Shown: piece by piece, positions 1 to 10,440 of the stretch
Position numbering within the stretch: position 1 is the first letter of the stretch
How the letters are laid out: each line of letters opens with the position of its first letter
NCBI GenBank assembly: GCA_000708835.1
Contig: DF236964.1
Span: forward strand, 124,001-188,000
Length of the DNA: 64,000 nucleotides
Direction of reading: 5' to 3'
DNA from: Klebsormidium nitens
Lineage: Eukaryota > Plantae > Klebsormidiophyceae
The notes under the pieces: model-generated
The model's database searches: none
The model's input: only the letters and a program-made list of their open reading frames with translations
Told to the model about the DNA's origin: nothing
Program-made: the position numbers and the translations under genes

Positions 1-600
1 CTGACTGACCGACCGCCTGACCAATGTCTCCGCCTAACCAACCTGACTGACTGACCGCCTGACCGCCCGCCTAGCTGTCACGTACTTCTTGCCTAACAAG
101 CCTGGCTGACTAACCGACTGACCGTCACACTTGCACAGAAGCACTTGTATAGTCTAACCAGCCTGACTAACTAACCAGCACCTTCGATGGCTCCCCCGGG
201 CCTAACCACGCTGACTGACTGACCGACCTGCACCAAGCAAACCTTACCCGTCACCCGGGCATGACTTTGTTAGTATATATTTGTGATATTCACCTTTTGC
301 TCGTGCAAGGGGTGTGTCCCAAGCAGGACCACCCCGGCCTTCGGCCCCCACCTGCCTACCCCCCCTTCCCACTTCGTCACAGGTAGGTAAGCAGATAAGC
401 GGCGGTAACCGGCGCCAAGAACGCGCCGATTAGGCGGTCAGTCAGTCAGCGGCGGTTAGCATGTACAAGATCGCAGACACTATAGAACAAGCCCCCGTTA
501 GGAAGTCAGTCAGTCAGAACAGTCAGGATCATTCGGCGCCAGTACCAACCGGTTCGGGAGTCGGTCAGTCAGTCCGGTCAGCTAGGAATGTACGCCAGGA
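1..600. repeat. Low-complexity CTGACTGA(C/CCG) motif arrays in opposite orientations (1-240 forward, ~430-590 reverse)
   Basis: ctgactgaccg/ctgactgactgaccgcct recurs in 1-240; its reverse complement (ggcggtcagtcagtcag, agtcagtcagtcag, cggtcagtcagtccggtcag) recurs in 430-590. Confidence 0.6.
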
Positions 601-2915
601 ATGATTCCGTAGGGCCTGCTGATTCGGCAACTTTCACAGTTCACCGGAAACTCGGCGGAATTCGCGTTTCGAGACCGGAACTTGAAATCTCCCTCGTGGA
701 CAAGATTACCGGGCGCCTAGCGTTTCCTGAATTATAAATGCCCACGTCAGCAGCCAAATCGCGTCTTATCGCGCCTGGAATTCCTCTTGCCTGCCCAACC
801 CACGGGATGAAAGCGGGAGGGGAGTCCCCGTAGTGGGCGATGTAGTTCACCGCTAATGGCCGGCTTATCTCAAAGATTGAAGGAGCAGTGCAAATTTAGC
901 GAAAGTAATTTGACTCGGCAACCTCAAAAACGTTGCAAACTGTTCGACCAGTAGCTCTTAAGTACTGGCTCTCTAAAATAAGCGGTCTGCGATGGAGTAC
1001 GACATACACGTCTTATTACAGCCGTTCAAATGAGATTTTGAGCGGAGGAAACTCTCCAAGGAGGGTACGTAGGGGATCCCGGAGCTTGAGTCATGCAGTC
1101 TATGACGAGCCACTCAGCGATGCTTCCAGCAAAGTTTGGCAGTGCTTTGTCATCTTGGATTAAGACGAGGGCGAACATGGCTTAGATCCGTCCGGCTGAG
1201 ACGACAATGAAAGTGTGGGGTGTGACAGCCCCAATCAACATCATCACTGCCCGCCTGGCCAAGACAGAGACAAAGTACGGCACCTGGAAAATGCAAAGCT
1301 CGAAGTCAAACCGAATGCGTTTTTCGACGTGCAAACGCTCAACTTTGAGATTCTTGTTCGACCTTGAGTGGTTCGGTAGTGCACTCCCCCTCTGTTGTAT
1401 CGATGAAACGCTGCCGTTCCATACAATATTCAACAGAACAGCTACATCGATGGCTTGTCGTAATTGAATAATCACTGTGACAAACGCGACGCAGTCACCT
1501 TAGCGACCATTCGAATGCTTTCCGTTCCCAAAACCAGAGGCTTTGAAACCTGATTCAGCAGAAGCGACTCAATAACCTTCTGTTGATTCACCGGTCCCCG
1601 CTGGGTGCGCTAGCAAAGCGGGTCATATGGAAACAGTGAAGTCAGTTTCTCTTTATGACAGACGTGAACTTTCTCTGCTAGACTTGTTTACTGACCCACA
1701 AGTCGAGATTTATTAAATGAGAACGAACACAGAACCTTGCATTCTGATAAAGCTCACGATTAGAGAATCCTAGATCGTGACTCTGCAAAGGCAGCGTCGT
1801 GGAGAAGGTGAGCTGGCGTCTTTCATAAGGAGAGACCGCAGAGAGTTCTTCACGGTCACCAGGCTAGCACTTCTTGGGACACTCTGAAACCCTGGCCGGG
1901 CGCGCGCGCGATAGCGCGGCTTCGCCGCGAATCTCCCTTGCTCCTCCAGCCGAAGCGCGAGGGCAAATCTCATATTACAAAACAGCGGTGGAAACGTCTA
2001 GTCCGAGCCAACCATCTCAAAAGACTCTGGGTTGCAAAGTCGATTCAATGGAAAAAGTGAAGGAGAGCATCAAGCTCTTTCTGAGAGCGGCTGTTGCCGG
2101 CACACTAACATCAGACTGGTTTCGTCCACCCCATATGACCTTAATACGAGCATTGATCAACTCCAAAACTTTCCGACCAACAGATGGACGATCGGAAGCG
2201 AACCGTTGTGGTAATGTTTCCAGCTGGATATCGTAGAAGCAAAAGAGAACTTTCAACGAAAGGCCTCCAACGCAATCCTCGGCTCCGAACATAAAGCATG
2301 CGCCCTGTTGAGGTCCTACAAAAATCAATCGTTGAAAGTCGTCACTGCCGGCGAGTTGTGAAACATAAACCAGAATGGACACATGGTTTAGACGACGCAC
2401 GCTAATGATTTGCCCCAAGACTTCAGTGTCAGCCCGAGTAGCTAGACTTCATGAGAATGAATCAAGCACAAACGTAATACATGCAGGAACTCAATTCCGA
2501 CTCCGCGTATCTTCTGTTTACAAACCACAAGTCTCCCCTTTGCAAACAACTAAAATCGATAAAATATGAAGATGCAAGACCGGCCAAGGCTCTTCTTTTG
2601 TGACCGTGAAAAAGAGGTCGACTGACTGCCATTCTTGTTAACTCGCAGCTTCAAGCAGCTCGCGAACGCCATTGAGCTTAATGCCTGAAGCTTAGAATAG
2701 CCACTGCTTCATTGCCGCAACGGATTCATTCCAAACGACGGCTGTGCTGGACTTACGGGCTGAAATGCAATGGAACAGCTTATCGAAACGAAAGGATTCG
2801 GAGACAAAACTTCTAGTACGCAGCCGTGCTGTGGCCGCGTTGATTGGCCCAAAAAGGTGAGCCGATGATTGGAATGAGATATGAATGCTGCTGAGGGCGC
2901 GGACTTGTTGTGACT

Positions 2916-3320
2916 AACCAAAATATGCTATCAAACAAGTATGTGCGGAAGCGAAAACTTTTTCGGAAGCTGTGGGAACGGGATTGCTACGGAATGCGGA
3001 TCTTGACAACTGAGAAATGAGACGTCCACAAAGTCCACGACGGTCCTTTTATAGTCCTCAACTAGACGATAGCTTATGCAACTTCCTACCAAAGTCTTAG
3101 TTTATGCTTAGTCTGCAAACATCCTTCTACTTATTATAGCTTATGAGTGGTGACGTAACCAGTCTATTGCGCTACTGCACACCATGATGCATATGAATGT
3201 TCTAGAAACTAAGGTATGTCTACCGCGTAGCGTGTAACTAGAAGTTTCCTATTCTCATACATTCTAGATTATTCAACAGACTTCCGTTTCTGCGCGCGCA
3301 CTACATCTTTGCGCGCCACA
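2916..3320 (-). repeat. 3' LTR of the Gypsy element
   Basis: Base-by-base match to 9365-9769 except 3298 g vs 9747 t. Confidence 0.95.
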
Positions 3321-3327
3321 GCTGTGA

Positions 3328-3339
3328 CTCCTCCACCCT
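3328..3339 (-). other. Polypurine tract (AGGGTGGAGGAG)
   Basis: Purine run on the minus strand 7 nt before the 3' LTR and just after the pol stop codon. Confidence 0.7.
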
Positions 3340-3368
3340 AAGAGTTTTGGTCCTCCAAAACTGTGTAA

Positions 3369-6300
3369 TTACTCTAGCATGTCTTCTAGTGCTTCTTCGT
3401 CCACTTCGTCTCTCTTGGCGTGCAACCGGACGTTGTCCAGGTGATGGATGAACTTGGTTCCTTTGGCATCTTCCACCTCGATGTTGCTCTTTGTTGGGAA
3501 TCGTGTGACTCGATAGGTTCCAATCTCTGCTTCAGAATGTACTTTGCTGCGCTTGGCAGTCTGCACAAGCACGAAGTCTCCCACTTCGATTGGTGTCTCA
3601 GGCGGATCAAACGTTCTGTGCCTCTTATCGAACTCAAGTTTCTGGCGTTGCTGAGCTTGTTCGATGTTGCTGAGCGCCTTTGTCTGTACTTCGTCGAGAG
3701 TACTGGCGGTCTGCATCAAGTGGTCGATGGTTTCGTCCAGGTTCCAGGTTTCTGTTTCGTTGATGTTCAAAGTCGGCGGTTCCTGGAAGGAGAATGGGAG
3801 GACTGGATCCCGTCCGTACATCAACTTGAACGGGGCAAAGCCCGTGCTGCTCTGGACGCTTATACGATATCCCAGCAGTACGGCAGGGAAGTCGAGATCC
3901 CATTCTTCAGGATTTTGTACTGCTCGTCGTTCAGTTCCGTGGAGAATCGTCTGCCCGGTTCGCTCTGCAAGACCGTTTGCTTGGGGGTGGTAGGGGGACG
4001 TCTTGATGTGCTGTATGCCGTACCTCGCCAGCTCGAGCTGGACTTCTGCCCAAAATTCTCGGCCTTGGTCGGTTGAAGTCTCCTCAGGGACAGTATGTCG
4101 GGCAATGATTTCTTCGTAGATGAAACGTGCCACTGTGGCTGCCTTTTTGTTGGGGAGTGGCCGAGCCTCCACCCAACGGGTGAGTCTCTCGACGGCTACT
4201 ATGTACAGGCGATTTCCTCGCTTGGTCTTAGGAAAACCGCCCATAAGATCGATTGCCCAGGCTCGGCCCACACCAGGCTTCACTTCAATGGGTTGCATTT
4301 CGGCCTGGGGCTGCCGGAAGCTGATGGCTGCCAAGTTGCAGTTGGTACACTCCTGGCAAGTTCGCACGCAGTCTGCGCGGAGGTTGTGCCAGTAGTAATT
4401 TTGGTCCAAAATAAGTTTCTCGAGTTTGGCAGCTCCCATATGGTTGGTCCCGTTGTGACTCCAGTCAAGGATTTCTGCTCTTTGTTCTGGCGTCGGAATG
4501 ACACGTCCGCTCGGGTACTTCTGAGTTGGCTTGATTCGTAGGATTCCGGTTTTCAGTTCGTGATTGTTTGCCCGTCTGACGATACGATTGCGTTCTTTTA
4601 CTGAGACGGTAGCCGAGATTGTTCCATCCGTTAAATATTGCATCACTGCGTCATCCTCCATTATGTCTGGGTACTTTGAGCGACCGGTAGACTTGCCGGC
4701 CCTCTCGTCGTCAGGTGGGCTGCCTGCGTCATCTTCGTCCTGATCATTGTTTTCCGGTTCGTCATCATCCGAGTCGAAACGGATGTGTACGGGCTGCTTT
4801 GACAGGTACGGATTTGTCGCTCGAGTCTCCGTAGTCTGGTGGTCGGGTTCTGGCTGCGCAGCTGGGGCACGGACTTGGTGGTCCATGTCGGTCAACCAGA
4901 TGGGCGGTCTGGTCGGCCGACCGGTTGTCCTGGCGGCCGGTACTTCCTCCACCCTAAGAGTGGAGCCGGCCGCGGCTCCGGCCGTGAACACGCAAAGCTC
5001 AGGAACTGTGGCAGGGTTGGGCGGGCGGGGAAGCCTGCTGAGAGCGTCGACGTCGGCGTGTCGGCTTCCAGGCCGGTACTCAATGTCAAAGTTGTATTCT
5101 TGCAGCTTGAGAGACCAGCGCATAAGGCGCGTATTGAGGTCTCGGCTGTTCATTAGCCAGCGAAGTGAGTGGTGGTCGGTAAGCAGGGTGAATTTGGTGC
5201 CGTGCAGGTAAGGTCGAAAGTGTTTGACGGCCCATACGACTGCAAGGCACTCGCCCTCAGTAGTAGAGTAGTTGCGTTCAGCGGGGGTAAGAGAGCGGCT
5301 TGCGTAAGCAATGACGCGCTCGTGGTTCTCAGCGTCCGTTTGTGCCAGGATGGCACCAAGACCGGTGCCGCAGTAGTCTGTTTTTAAGAGAAATGGTTTG
5401 TTGAAATCAGGGTGTGCCAGAACGGGCGGGTTCGTGAGAGCGGACTTCAGGTCTTCGAAAGCCGCCTGTTGTTCAGAACCCCAGTCGAAAGGAGCATTTT
5501 TTCGGAGCAACAGGGTCAGCGGAGCTGCCCTGGCAGAGAAGTTGTGTACAAACCGGCGGTAGAAACCGCAGAGGCCTAGGAAGGCGCGAAGGAGAGTGAC
5601 GTTTGGGGGCGGCTTAAAGTCGCGCACCCAACGAATCTTGTCCGGATCAGGTGAACAGCCGTGAGCGTTGACCACGTGCCCGAGGAAAACGAGTTCGCGG
5701 ACGGCGAAAACAGATTTCTTGGGGTGTATGCGGAGGTTTGCATTTGTCAGGGCTTGTAAGACGAGCCGGACGTGCTGGAGGTGCTCCTCGTAAGTCTTGC
5801 TGTAGATGAGAATGTCATCCAGGTACACCGCACAGAAACGGCCCAAATAGGGGCGAAGTACAACGTCCATCAGGCGCTGGAAGGTGCTGGGGGCATTGCA
5901 GAGCCCAAAGGGCATTACTTTAAATTGGTACAAGCCCGTCGGGGTGATGAAAGCTGTCTTGGGCCGGTCTGCTTCGGCAAGGGCAATTTGCCAATAGCCG
6001 CTTTTGAGGTCGACTGAGGTAAACCAGGACGCCTGGCCGACTTGGTCCAGCAAGTCGTCAATGCGGGGCAGTGGGTAAGCGTCCTTTTCAGTGAGTTCGT
6101 TCAACTTCCGGAAGTCGACACAGAAGCGGTCGCCGCCGTCCTTTTTACCTGTGATAACAGGGTTCTGCGCCCAAGGGCTTTCGGAGGGTTCAGTGACGTC
6201 GTCGTCCAGCATCTCCGCAACTGTCTGTATGACGACGTTTCGTTCCCGTTGTGACAAGCGGTAGGCACGCTGCTTTATTGGAGCAGCGTTCCCAGTACGG

Positions 6301-8759
6301 ATGTGGTGCTTCACCAGATCTGTGAACCCGAGTTTTCGCCCTTTCCACTGAAAGGACCCCTCGAATTCGGTAAGAAGTTTGGTCAGGCTGTCACGCTGCG
6401 CTGCCGTCAGCTCTGTCCCACGGCGGATAGAGCGAATGTTTTCCATGATCTCGTCAAAGTTGACGACGCCAGTGATTGAGGCGCGCCATTCGTCTAGTGG
6501 TTCAATGTGATGCGCAGGGACGGTGTACGTTGCTGAATCGGCGATTTCCTCAGCGTGCATGGCCGCTGTAAATTCGGCCGTTAGATCGTCCAGGATTTCG
6601 TCAGGGTCGAATTCAGAGTCGGAGTCTTCTGAGTCGGAATCCGCTTCGCGGAGTGAAGGTACATCGTCATCCGAGGAGAAGAGCTCGGATCCGAGGTCAC
6701 TGTCAGATTCTTCGTCAACGAGTGGAGGCGGTTCGTCGCCAAACTGGGAATCCACTTCACCAGTATCTTCGTCGGAGTCATGACTGATCAGAGGCGGCAA
6801 GTCTTCGCCCAGATCAGAGTCCACATCGCCAGTATCAGTTGCAGCGTCGTCAAGCGCCGAAGTCAGCGGGGTGCCTTCAGCGTACATAATGTTTGTAGAG
6901 GTGTCGAAAGCAATGGGGATTGAAGCATAGCGGTCACGGTCAAGCCTGTACCGCAGTGTACGGTCGACGTAGTTCAGAGTAGCTCCAACCTGATGGAAGA
7001 AGTCGCTTCCAAGCAGGAGGTCGTAGTTGGAAGCTCGGACCACGTGAACGTCCAAGGTGATTTCAAGGTCTCCAATTTTGATTGGGAATTTGGGCAGAAT
7101 TCCCAAGGGTACGTCGCGGTCCCCGCTAGATGTTCTGAAGCTGCAGGTCGGTGGTTCAAGCATGTCAAGCAGGTCGTGTCGGCGTGCCTGCATTTGTCCC
7201 ATTAGCGTGGCGGACGCGCCGCTGTCGAGAATGGTTTCGACGGGGTGGTTGAAAATGTGTACTTTGCATCTGGCCACGGTGTATCGTGTTGGCAGATTGG
7301 TGGTAAGGGTGTTTGAGCTGGCGGCCGATTGGGAGTCAGTGAGACTGGTGGGCAAAGCTGAGCTTGTCTCAGCGGGACCGGTGAGGTATTGAAGCAGGTC
7401 TTGACGGACCTTAGGGGAAATGTCTAGGAGGGTACGAAAGTCAATTTTGGCCATGGTGGCGCCAAGTTGGTTGAGAATGGAGTATGGCCCACTGTTTTGC
7501 GTCTGGTACCGGCTGCTGGAGCGGCCATGGCCAGCTCGGTAGCGGGCTGCAGTTGTTGCAGGACCGGGTTCCGTGGGGGTCACATCTGGCATGGGTGTGT
7601 CAGACGTATCTCGGCGCGGCAGGTTTAATGGAAATGGGGCGCGCTTTTTGCGTGCTCCCTCATTGTCTGGCGCATCACTGTGACGCTTGACAGCTGCCAG
7701 GATATCGTCTTTGAGAGTTGTGTTCACAGAAGAGTCTGGGAGAAGCTCCATCTCTGTGACATGAACATGTTCGTCAGTGGTGTTCAATTGCTGTTCCTTG
7801 GCAGCATAACGAGCTGCCCAGTATGCATTGTCATCGAAGTCGCTGGCAGCCAGAGCTGCAGTACTGTTCGCTGGTAGCTCTTTGCGGCAGTCGCGTGCCA
7901 TATGTCCTTCTTCGCCGCACTTGTAGCAGATTCTGGGGCGTCCACCTCCTCCACTTCCACCTGCGTTTTGTTGTGACAGGAGGTGCAGCTGTCCCAGCTT
8001 CTTGGTCAGGTCGGAAATCTCTTTGTCGAGCTGGTTCTTATTGCGGTTGTCCTGTACTGGGATGTTGGAAGCGGGAGGTGTGCTCTCGCTGGGCCTTCGT
8101 TCGTCATTGCGGCGGAGGTTCCCACGATTGTTTTGCGGAAACCGTGAGCTGGGCGGTGTTTCTGTGTCGAGTAAGCTGGCCAGGTGTGACTCGTTGGCCT
8201 CAAAGTAGTCGGCAGCATCCTCGGCGTCTTGTAGTGTTTCGGGTCTACTCAGTACCAGCTTTGCGCGCAGTGTAGGGTTCAGCCCTTCAGTGAAGCGGTA
8301 CAGAAGTGCATCTTCAGAAATTTTCTCGGGGAGTTTAGATGCCAGGTGGCGGAGCTCGCCCAGGAAAGTTCGAGCACTCTCTCCCTTCTTCTGTGTACGG
8401 GTCTCAAAGTCTCGGCGTAGGTTCATTTTTGAGCTCAAGCGTGAGAAGCGCTTGATCAGGTTGGTTGAAAACTGAGTCCATGTCCATGATTTGTGGTTTT
8501 CCTCGGAGAGCAGCCATTTGTCAGCTTCACCCTCAAGAAATGCGAACGCCATGTTCAGACTCTTTTCCTCATCCCACTCATATGCACGCGCACGCTTCTC
8601 AAACATGCGAATCCAATCCTTTGGATCGGTTCGGCCATCGTACACAGCCATGGGAGGCAGTGAGAACGCCATGGGGAATGTTGCGTTGGAATGATGTACG
8701 GAGTCTTTTGAGTCTTTAGAGCCTGAAGGAATATCAGGCTTCTTAGAAACTGTACTCAT
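3369..8759 (-). CDS. Gag-Pol polyprotein (1796 aa, single uninterrupted ORF)
   Basis: Zinc knuckle CYKCGEEGHMARDC; protease LDSGAS; RT motifs RFCVDFRKLN, FTSVDLKSGYWQI, MPFGL, YLDD; RNase H TDYCGTGLGAIL/TEGECLAVVW; integrase HHCC (HNGTNHMG..CVRTCQEC), IDLMG, TDQGREF, NGLAER, APFKLMYGRDP. Confidence 0.98.
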   Translation of the reverse strand: MSTVSKKPDIPSGSKDSKDSVHHSNATFPMAFSLPPMAVYDGRTDPKDWIRMFEKRARAYEWDEEKSLNMAFAFLEGEADKWLLSEENHKSWTWTQFSTNLIKRFSRLSSKMNLRRDFETRTQKKGESARTFLGELRHLASKLPEKISEDALLYRFTEGLNPTLRAKLVLSRPETLQDAEDAADYFEANESHLASLLDTETPPSSRFPQNNRGNLRRNDERRPSESTPPASNIPVQDNRNKNQLDKEISDLTKKLGQLHLLSQQNAGGSGGGGRPRICYKCGEEGHMARDCRKELPANSTAALAASDFDDNAYWAARYAAKEQQLNTTDEHVHVTEMELLPDSSVNTTLKDDILAAVKRHSDAPDNEGARKKRAPFPLNLPRRDTSDTPMPDVTPTEPGPATTAARYRAGHGRSSSRYQTQNSGPYSILNQLGATMAKIDFRTLLDISPKVRQDLLQYLTGPAETSSALPTSLTDSQSAASSNTLTTNLPTRYTVARCKVHIFNHPVETILDSGASATLMGQMQARRHDLLDMLEPPTCSFRTSSGDRDVPLGILPKFPIKIGDLEITLDVHVVRASNYDLLLGSDFFHQVGATLNYVDRTLRYRLDRDRYASIPIAFDTSTNIMYAEGTPLTSALDDAATDTGDVDSDLGEDLPPLISHDSDEDTGEVDSQFGDEPPPLVDEESDSDLGSELFSSDDDVPSLREADSDSEDSDSEFDPDEILDDLTAEFTAAMHAEEIADSATYTVPAHHIEPLDEWRASITGVVNFDEIMENIRSIRRGTELTAAQRDSLTKLLTEFEGSFQWKGRKLGFTDLVKHHIRTGNAAPIKQRAYRLSQRERNVVIQTVAEMLDDDVTEPSESPWAQNPVITGKKDGGDRFCVDFRKLNELTEKDAYPLPRIDDLLDQVGQASWFTSVDLKSGYWQIALAEADRPKTAFITPTGLYQFKVMPFGLCNAPSTFQRLMDVVLRPYLGRFCAVYLDDILIYSKTYEEHLQHVRLVLQALTNANLRIHPKKSVFAVRELVFLGHVVNAHGCSPDPDKIRWVRDFKPPPNVTLLRAFLGLCGFYRRFVHNFSARAAPLTLLLRKNAPFDWGSEQQAAFEDLKSALTNPPVLAHPDFNKPFLLKTDYCGTGLGAILAQTDAENHERVIAYASRSLTPAERNYSTTEGECLAVVWAVKHFRPYLHGTKFTLLTDHHSLRWLMNSRDLNTRLMRWSLKLQEYNFDIEYRPGSRHADVDALSRLPRPPNPATVPELCVFTAGAAAGSTLRVEEVPAARTTGRPTRPPIWLTDMDHQVRAPAAQPEPDHQTTETRATNPYLSKQPVHIRFDSDDDEPENNDQDEDDAGSPPDDERAGKSTGRSKYPDIMEDDAVMQYLTDGTISATVSVKERNRIVRRANNHELKTGILRIKPTQKYPSGRVIPTPEQRAEILDWSHNGTNHMGAAKLEKLILDQNYYWHNLRADCVRTCQECTNCNLAAISFRQPQAEMQPIEVKPGVGRAWAIDLMGGFPKTKRGNRLYIVAVERLTRWVEARPLPNKKAATVARFIYEEIIARHTVPEETSTDQGREFWAEVQLELARYGIQHIKTSPYHPQANGLAERTGQTILHGTERRAVQNPEEWDLDFPAVLLGYRISVQSSTGFAPFKLMYGRDPVLPFSFQEPPTLNINETETWNLDETIDHLMQTASTLDEVQTKALSNIEQAQQRQKLEFDKRHRTFDPPETPIEVGDFVLVQTAKRSKVHSEAEIGTYRVTRFPTKSNIEVEDAKGTKFIHHLDNVRLHAKRDEVDEEALEDMLE

Positions 8760-9353
8760 TGTTGGTACAAGTTTACAGTCTTAGAGTACTGTTCTGTTCA
8801 AGCTGTACTAAAAGAAGTACCGTCTGAGTTCACTAGCGGAATCTCCTTGCCTAGGTTGCTGGTGGTTTAGCGGGGGTCGCAAGTACGGGATCGTGTACCA
8901 ACCGGAGGGCCTCCTCGAGACTGGCCGCCACTGCAAGGTAAACCCGGGGGCTCGTTGAGTACTCGTGTGGTACGTTTTCGCGGTTTCAAAATGCAAGAGT
9001 TTGCCCAGCAATGATGTTTCAGGTGGTACACGGGTAAAATCGCGGTTTTCAGGTGCAAAAATTCCGGTATGTTCGGGGTTCTACCGGTACAAGTGCACGG
9101 ATGTAGGTTGTTTGTACGGTTCTGCAGTGCGTACTTACTTTCTGGTACAGGCCGAGTTGCACGGCACTACGCAGGGAACACGTTCACACGCTCTGGGCCG
9201 CTGGTACACGTTCCGCCGTCGAAGCTCCGACCTGGTCCTGAGGTCGAGTCGCCCGGTTCAGGGTGTCACCGGCTCCGCAGACACGGGTACAAGGTTCGCT
9301 CGTAGTCGTCGTGGACCCCGGATCGTGATCGGGCTGGAAAGCCGATCAGCCTA

Positions 9354-9365
9354 CCTCTGATGCCA
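9354..9365 (-). other. Primer-binding site, initiator tRNA-Met-like (TGGCATCAGAGG)
   Basis: Abuts the 5' LTR and resembles the plant iMet PBS TGGTATCAGAGC (2 differences in 12). Confidence 0.7.
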
Positions 9366-9769
9366 ACCAAAATATGCTATCAAACAAGTATGTGCGGAAG
9401 CGAAAACTTTTTCGGAAGCTGTGGGAACGGGATTGCTACGGAATGCGGATCTTGACAACTGAGAAATGAGACGTCCACAAAGTCCACGACGGTCCTTTTA
9501 TAGTCCTCAACTAGACGATAGCTTATGCAACTTCCTACCAAAGTCTTAGTTTATGCTTAGTCTGCAAACATCCTTCTACTTATTATAGCTTATGAGTGGT
9601 GACGTAACCAGTCTATTGCGCTACTGCACACCATGATGCATATGAATGTTCTAGAAACTAAGGTATGTCTACCGCGTAGCGTGTAACTAGAAGTTTCCTA
9701 TTCTCATACATTCTAGATTATTCAACAGACTTCCGTTTCTGCGCGCTCACTACATCTTTGCGCGCCACA
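9365..9769 (-). repeat. 5' LTR of the Gypsy element
   Basis: Near-identical to 2916-3320; begins TGTGG on the minus strand. Confidence 0.95.
9494..9502 (-). promoter_or_regulatory. TATA box in the 5' LTR (TATAAAAGG)
   Basis: Consensus-like TATA on the element strand within the LTR; the same motif is in the 3' LTR. Confidence 0.55.
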
Positions 9770-10440
9770 TGTGCACGAGCTAATCTTTGCGCGGGCCTTC
9801 TGCATCGAGCTTTACCGTTTGTCCACCCATGCTCATGTCTTAGAAACATAAAGGCACGATTGTCGAACTCAAAACTCAAAAGGAATCTCAGTCAAATTAT
9901 TTGGCAGTCCGCCATGGGTTCAAAAGTGACCCGCATTGATGAGCTTTGAGGCTCAACAATCAGACGGCCGTCATTGGCGTGATTGTCCTGGTCATTTGAG
10001 TGTCACTCAATTTCGTGTACACCGGCCAAAGACCAAGCCCAACTCAAGCCAAGACATGAAGGCTTGCAAGCGCGATCGAAGCACACTTGGCAAAAAATAC
10101 GCGCAGAATTTGACAGCTCACTCAAGCGTTGATAGGCACCCGTCAAAAGTATACCGTCATTTTTATGCGATCGTCTGATAGGCACATATAGGAACCCAAA
10201 ACATCGTCTATGACTTGTGCGAGCAGGAAGCTGTGAAGGTCGGCGCACCTGCGACTCAGACATCCCACTCATGCAGGGGCACTCCGCCGAGCATGGAAAC
10301 GAGTCTCGGTTGAATGGACGGCCGGACCATTTAAGGAGCCCACTGGGTCGATCATGCGTCAGCCAATTACGAGGCTAGCTCTTCAAGACACGGTTTGTTC
10401 GAAATACATGGTAACCTCCAGAATAAGAATAGCCTGTCAA

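Larger units (their letters stand above)
2913..9769 (-). mobile_element. Full-length Ty3/Gypsy LTR retrotransposon, recently inserted
   Basis: Two 405-bp direct repeats flank one 1796-aa ORF with domain order Gag-CCHC-PR-RT-RNaseH-INT (Gypsy order). PBS-like and PPT-like motifs are in the expected positions; possible TGTG target-site duplication at 2909-2912 and 9770-9773. Confidence 0.97.

Noticed and set aside
3386-8719. Many antisense and alternate-frame ORFs (60-218 aa) over the Gypsy polyprotein
   Set aside because: Shadow ORFs of a long coding region with no recognisable motifs.
8965-9360. 131-aa antisense ORF in the retroelement leader
   Set aside because: Non-ATG start, no domain, compositionally biased leader.
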